From assembly GCA_034434155.1 (NCBI GenBank), contig DAOUAC010000033.1:15217-79216 (forward strand): DNA of 64,000 bases, written 5' to 3'. The notes beneath the pieces were generated by a model, which ran no database searches, was not told where the DNA came from, and was given only the letters and a program-made list of their open reading frames with translations. Positions 61,894 through 64,000 of the stretch are shown here, in pieces (the first letter of the stretch is position 1; each line of letters begins with the position of its first letter). The DNA comes from Anaerolineaceae bacterium. GTDB lineage: Bacteria > Chloroflexota > Anaerolineae > Anaerolineales > Anaerolineaceae. The position numbers and the translations under genes are program-made.

Positions 61894-63369
61894 CTAGAAC
61901 AGCCCGCTGGCCCCCAGGGTAGACAGCCCAAACCAGGGACCAATGACCGTCCCCATGAAGAGGATAAATGCCACACACACCACCAGGGCCACCCGCCAGG
62001 GCGGAGAAACCGGCAGGGGCCGCGCATCTGGAGCCGAAGGCTGTACGTAAACGATCTTAAGGATCGTCAGGTAGTAGTACAGCGCCACCACTGAAGTCAG
62101 CACGCCAACGAAGGCCAGGACAATCCCCAACGTCCCCGACTGCACCGCCGCGCCGAACACCAACAGCTTACCCACAAACCCGCTCAACGGCGGAATGCCC
62201 CCCAACGAAAGCAGCGCCACCAGCAGGGCCAGGGCCAGGTTGGGGTTGCGCCGCTGGAGGCCGGCATAGGCATCCAGATCATCCGAACACAGCGTGCGGC
62301 CCACCAGTTCGACAATTCCAAAGGCCGCCAGGTTCGTCACCAGGTACGAGAGCAGGTAAAACGTCACCCCGGCAGCGCCCAACTCTGAACCTGCCGCCAC
62401 GCCCACCAACATATAGCCCGCCTGGGCAATGGAAGAATAGGCCAACAGCCGCTTGATGTTCTTCTGGACAATCGCCAGAATATTCCCAATAATCATGCTG
62501 GCAAGCGCCAGCACGCCGACCAGAACGCGCCAGTCTAACAACTCGGCAGTCTGGGTAGGAAATACGGCTACCAGCACGCGCATCAGCACGGCAAACCCGG
62601 CGGCCTTTGACGCGGTTGATAAGAAACCAGCCACCGGCGTCGGCGCGCCTTCATACACATCAGGCGCCCAGAAGTGGAACGGAACTGCCGAAACCTTGAA
62701 GCCAAACCCCACCAGCACCAGCACGGCGGCCAGTAGGGGCAGGGCCGGCGCAAGCGTTCCCGCAGTGATCTGCCCCGCCATTGCATACAGGTTGGTGACG
62801 CCCGTCAGCCCAAACAGCAAGCTGAAGCCGTACAGCATCACCGCGCTGGTCATCGCGCCGAACAGGAAGTACTTAATGCCGGCCTCGGTGGAGCGCGGAT
62901 CGCGCGTCTTAAAGCCGGCCATTACGTACAGCGGCAGTGAAGTAGTCTCGATTGCCAGGTACAGCATCACCAGGTCAGCAGAAGCGGCCATCAGGTTCAT
63001 GCCCAGGGTTGCCAGCAGCAGCAAGCCGTAAAACTCGCCGTGCCGCCCCACCGGCTCGTGTTCCATCGCGAAAAGAGCCGTCAGGGCCGCGCCCATCACG
63101 AATACCAGGCGGAAGACAAAGGCCATCCCATCCAGGCGCAGCATCCCGCCAAAGATCAACTGCGGCGCATCCGCCGGGCGGGCAAAAGCAATCGTCAACG
63201 CCAGCACCACCAACAGACCGCCGGCCGTCACCCAGCCCAGGTTGCGCCGGGCGGCCCCACGGTTGCGCCAGGCGATATCCAACAGCAAGACGACCGCCGC
63301 CAGCGCCACCAGGCCAATTTCGGGCAGGATGGCAAGAATCATTGAAGGTTGGAAAGCTACAGGTTCCAC
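61894..63369 (-). CDS. nuoN: NADH-quinone oxidoreductase subunit N
   Basis: 491-aa, 14-TM antiporter-like subunit, last gene after nuoM. Motifs FHFWAPDVYEGAPTP and LLAYSSIAQAGY. Confidence 0.92.
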   Translation of the reverse strand: MEPVAFQPSMILAILPEIGLVALAAVVLLLDIAWRNRGAARRNLGWVTAGGLLVVLALTIAFARPADAPQLIFGGMLRLDGMAFVFRLVFVMGAALTALFAMEHEPVGRHGEFYGLLLLATLGMNLMAASADLVMLYLAIETTSLPLYVMAGFKTRDPRSTEAGIKYFLFGAMTSAVMLYGFSLLFGLTGVTNLYAMAGQITAGTLAPALPLLAAVLVLVGFGFKVSAVPFHFWAPDVYEGAPTPVAGFLSTASKAAGFAVLMRVLVAVFPTQTAELLDWRVLVGVLALASMIIGNILAIVQKNIKRLLAYSSIAQAGYMLVGVAAGSELGAAGVTFYLLSYLVTNLAAFGIVELVGRTLCSDDLDAYAGLQRRNPNLALALLVALLSLGGIPPLSGFVGKLLVFGAAVQSGTLGIVLAFVGVLTSVVALYYYLTILKIVYVQPSAPDARPLPVSPPWRVALVVCVAFILFMGTVIGPWFGLSTLGASGLF

Positions 63370-64000
63370 TCACGCACCTCCCAGGAGCGCCACGATGCGC
63401 TGCACGCCCGAGTGGATCATCCCGGCCATCAAGGCTTGTGGGAACCACCCCAGGGCAATCATAATCGCCGAAAGCGAGATGACCACAATTTTATCCATCG
63501 TGGAGACATCCCCCACAGTTTTATCCAAAGCCGGGGGAATTTCGCCAAAGAATACGCGCCGCACAACCAGCAAGATGTAGCCGGCCGTCACGATTACGCC
63601 CAGCACGGCAATGATCGCCACCACCGGGGCCACCTGCCAGGCCCCCATAAAAATTGGAAACTCCGCCATAAAGCCAGAGAAACCGGGCATTCCCATTGAA
63701 ACCAGACCAGCCACAATAAACCCAATCGCGGCCACCGGCATCTTGCGGAACAAACCGCCCAATTGAGCAATATCGCGGGTGTGCGCCCGATCATAGACCA
63801 TTCCGACAACAGCAAAGAAGAGCGCCGTCATCACCCCATGCGAGAACATTTGCATCCCGGCCCCCAGCAGACCCTCGGTTGAGAGGGTGGCAAAGCCGAT
63901 CAGCACCAGCCCCATGTGCGAGACCGACGAAAAGCCGATGACGTATTTGAAATCCGTCTGGACCAGGGCAATTAACGCGCCGTAGACCACGTTGATCGTC
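63370..64000 (-). CDS. nuoM: NADH-quinone oxidoreductase subunit M, C-terminal part (5' end outside window)
   Basis: FSSVSHMGLVLIG...MFSHGVMTALFFAVVGMVYDRAHTR...GGLFRKMP is characteristic of NuoM/ND4. The frame is open to the window edge. Confidence 0.9.
   Translation of the reverse strand, partial: TINVVYGALIALVQTDFKYVIGFSSVSHMGLVLIGFATLSTEGLLGAGMQMFSHGVMTALFFAVVGMVYDRAHTRDIAQLGGLFRKMPVAAIGFIVAGLVSMGMPGFSGFMAEFPIFMGAWQVAPVVAIIAVLGVIVTAGYILLVVRRVFFGEIPPALDKTVGDVSTMDKIVVISLSAIMIALGWFPQALMAGMIHSGVQRIVALLGGA

Overview
High-GC (roughly 60%) bacterial chromosome segment, densely coding. The gene content and architectures suggest a monoderm Chloroflexota/Anaerolineae-like organism; this is inference only. 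About 0-44 kb is mostly housekeeping: rseP (partial), acyP, uvrB, an OmpR-type two-component system, mfd, pth, a MoxR/VWA pair, nnr, clpB, an EF-G paralog, proS, rpsO-pnp, murE and an F0-only atp cluster. About 61.9-64 kb is the end of the nuo operon (nuoM partial, nuoN). Between them, at about 44.7-61.7 kb, lies the most unusual part. It holds four cytoplasmic DUF2961/GH172 paralogs, a split Opp/Dpp-type ABC importer (oversized Tat-lipoprotein binding protein, 2 permeases, 2 ATPases), a LacI-family regulator, an orphan opposite-strand gene and a large secreted protein of unknown family. Three near-identical consensus promoters, each followed by LacI-type palindromic operators, are wired to these units. 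I saw no rRNA, tRNA, CRISPR array, transposase or integrase. Many long antisense ORFs in the track are GC-driven shadows and were rejected. All family assignments come from motif recognition by eye, with no searches run. Coordinates of hairpins, promoters and operators were counted by hand from the sequence.
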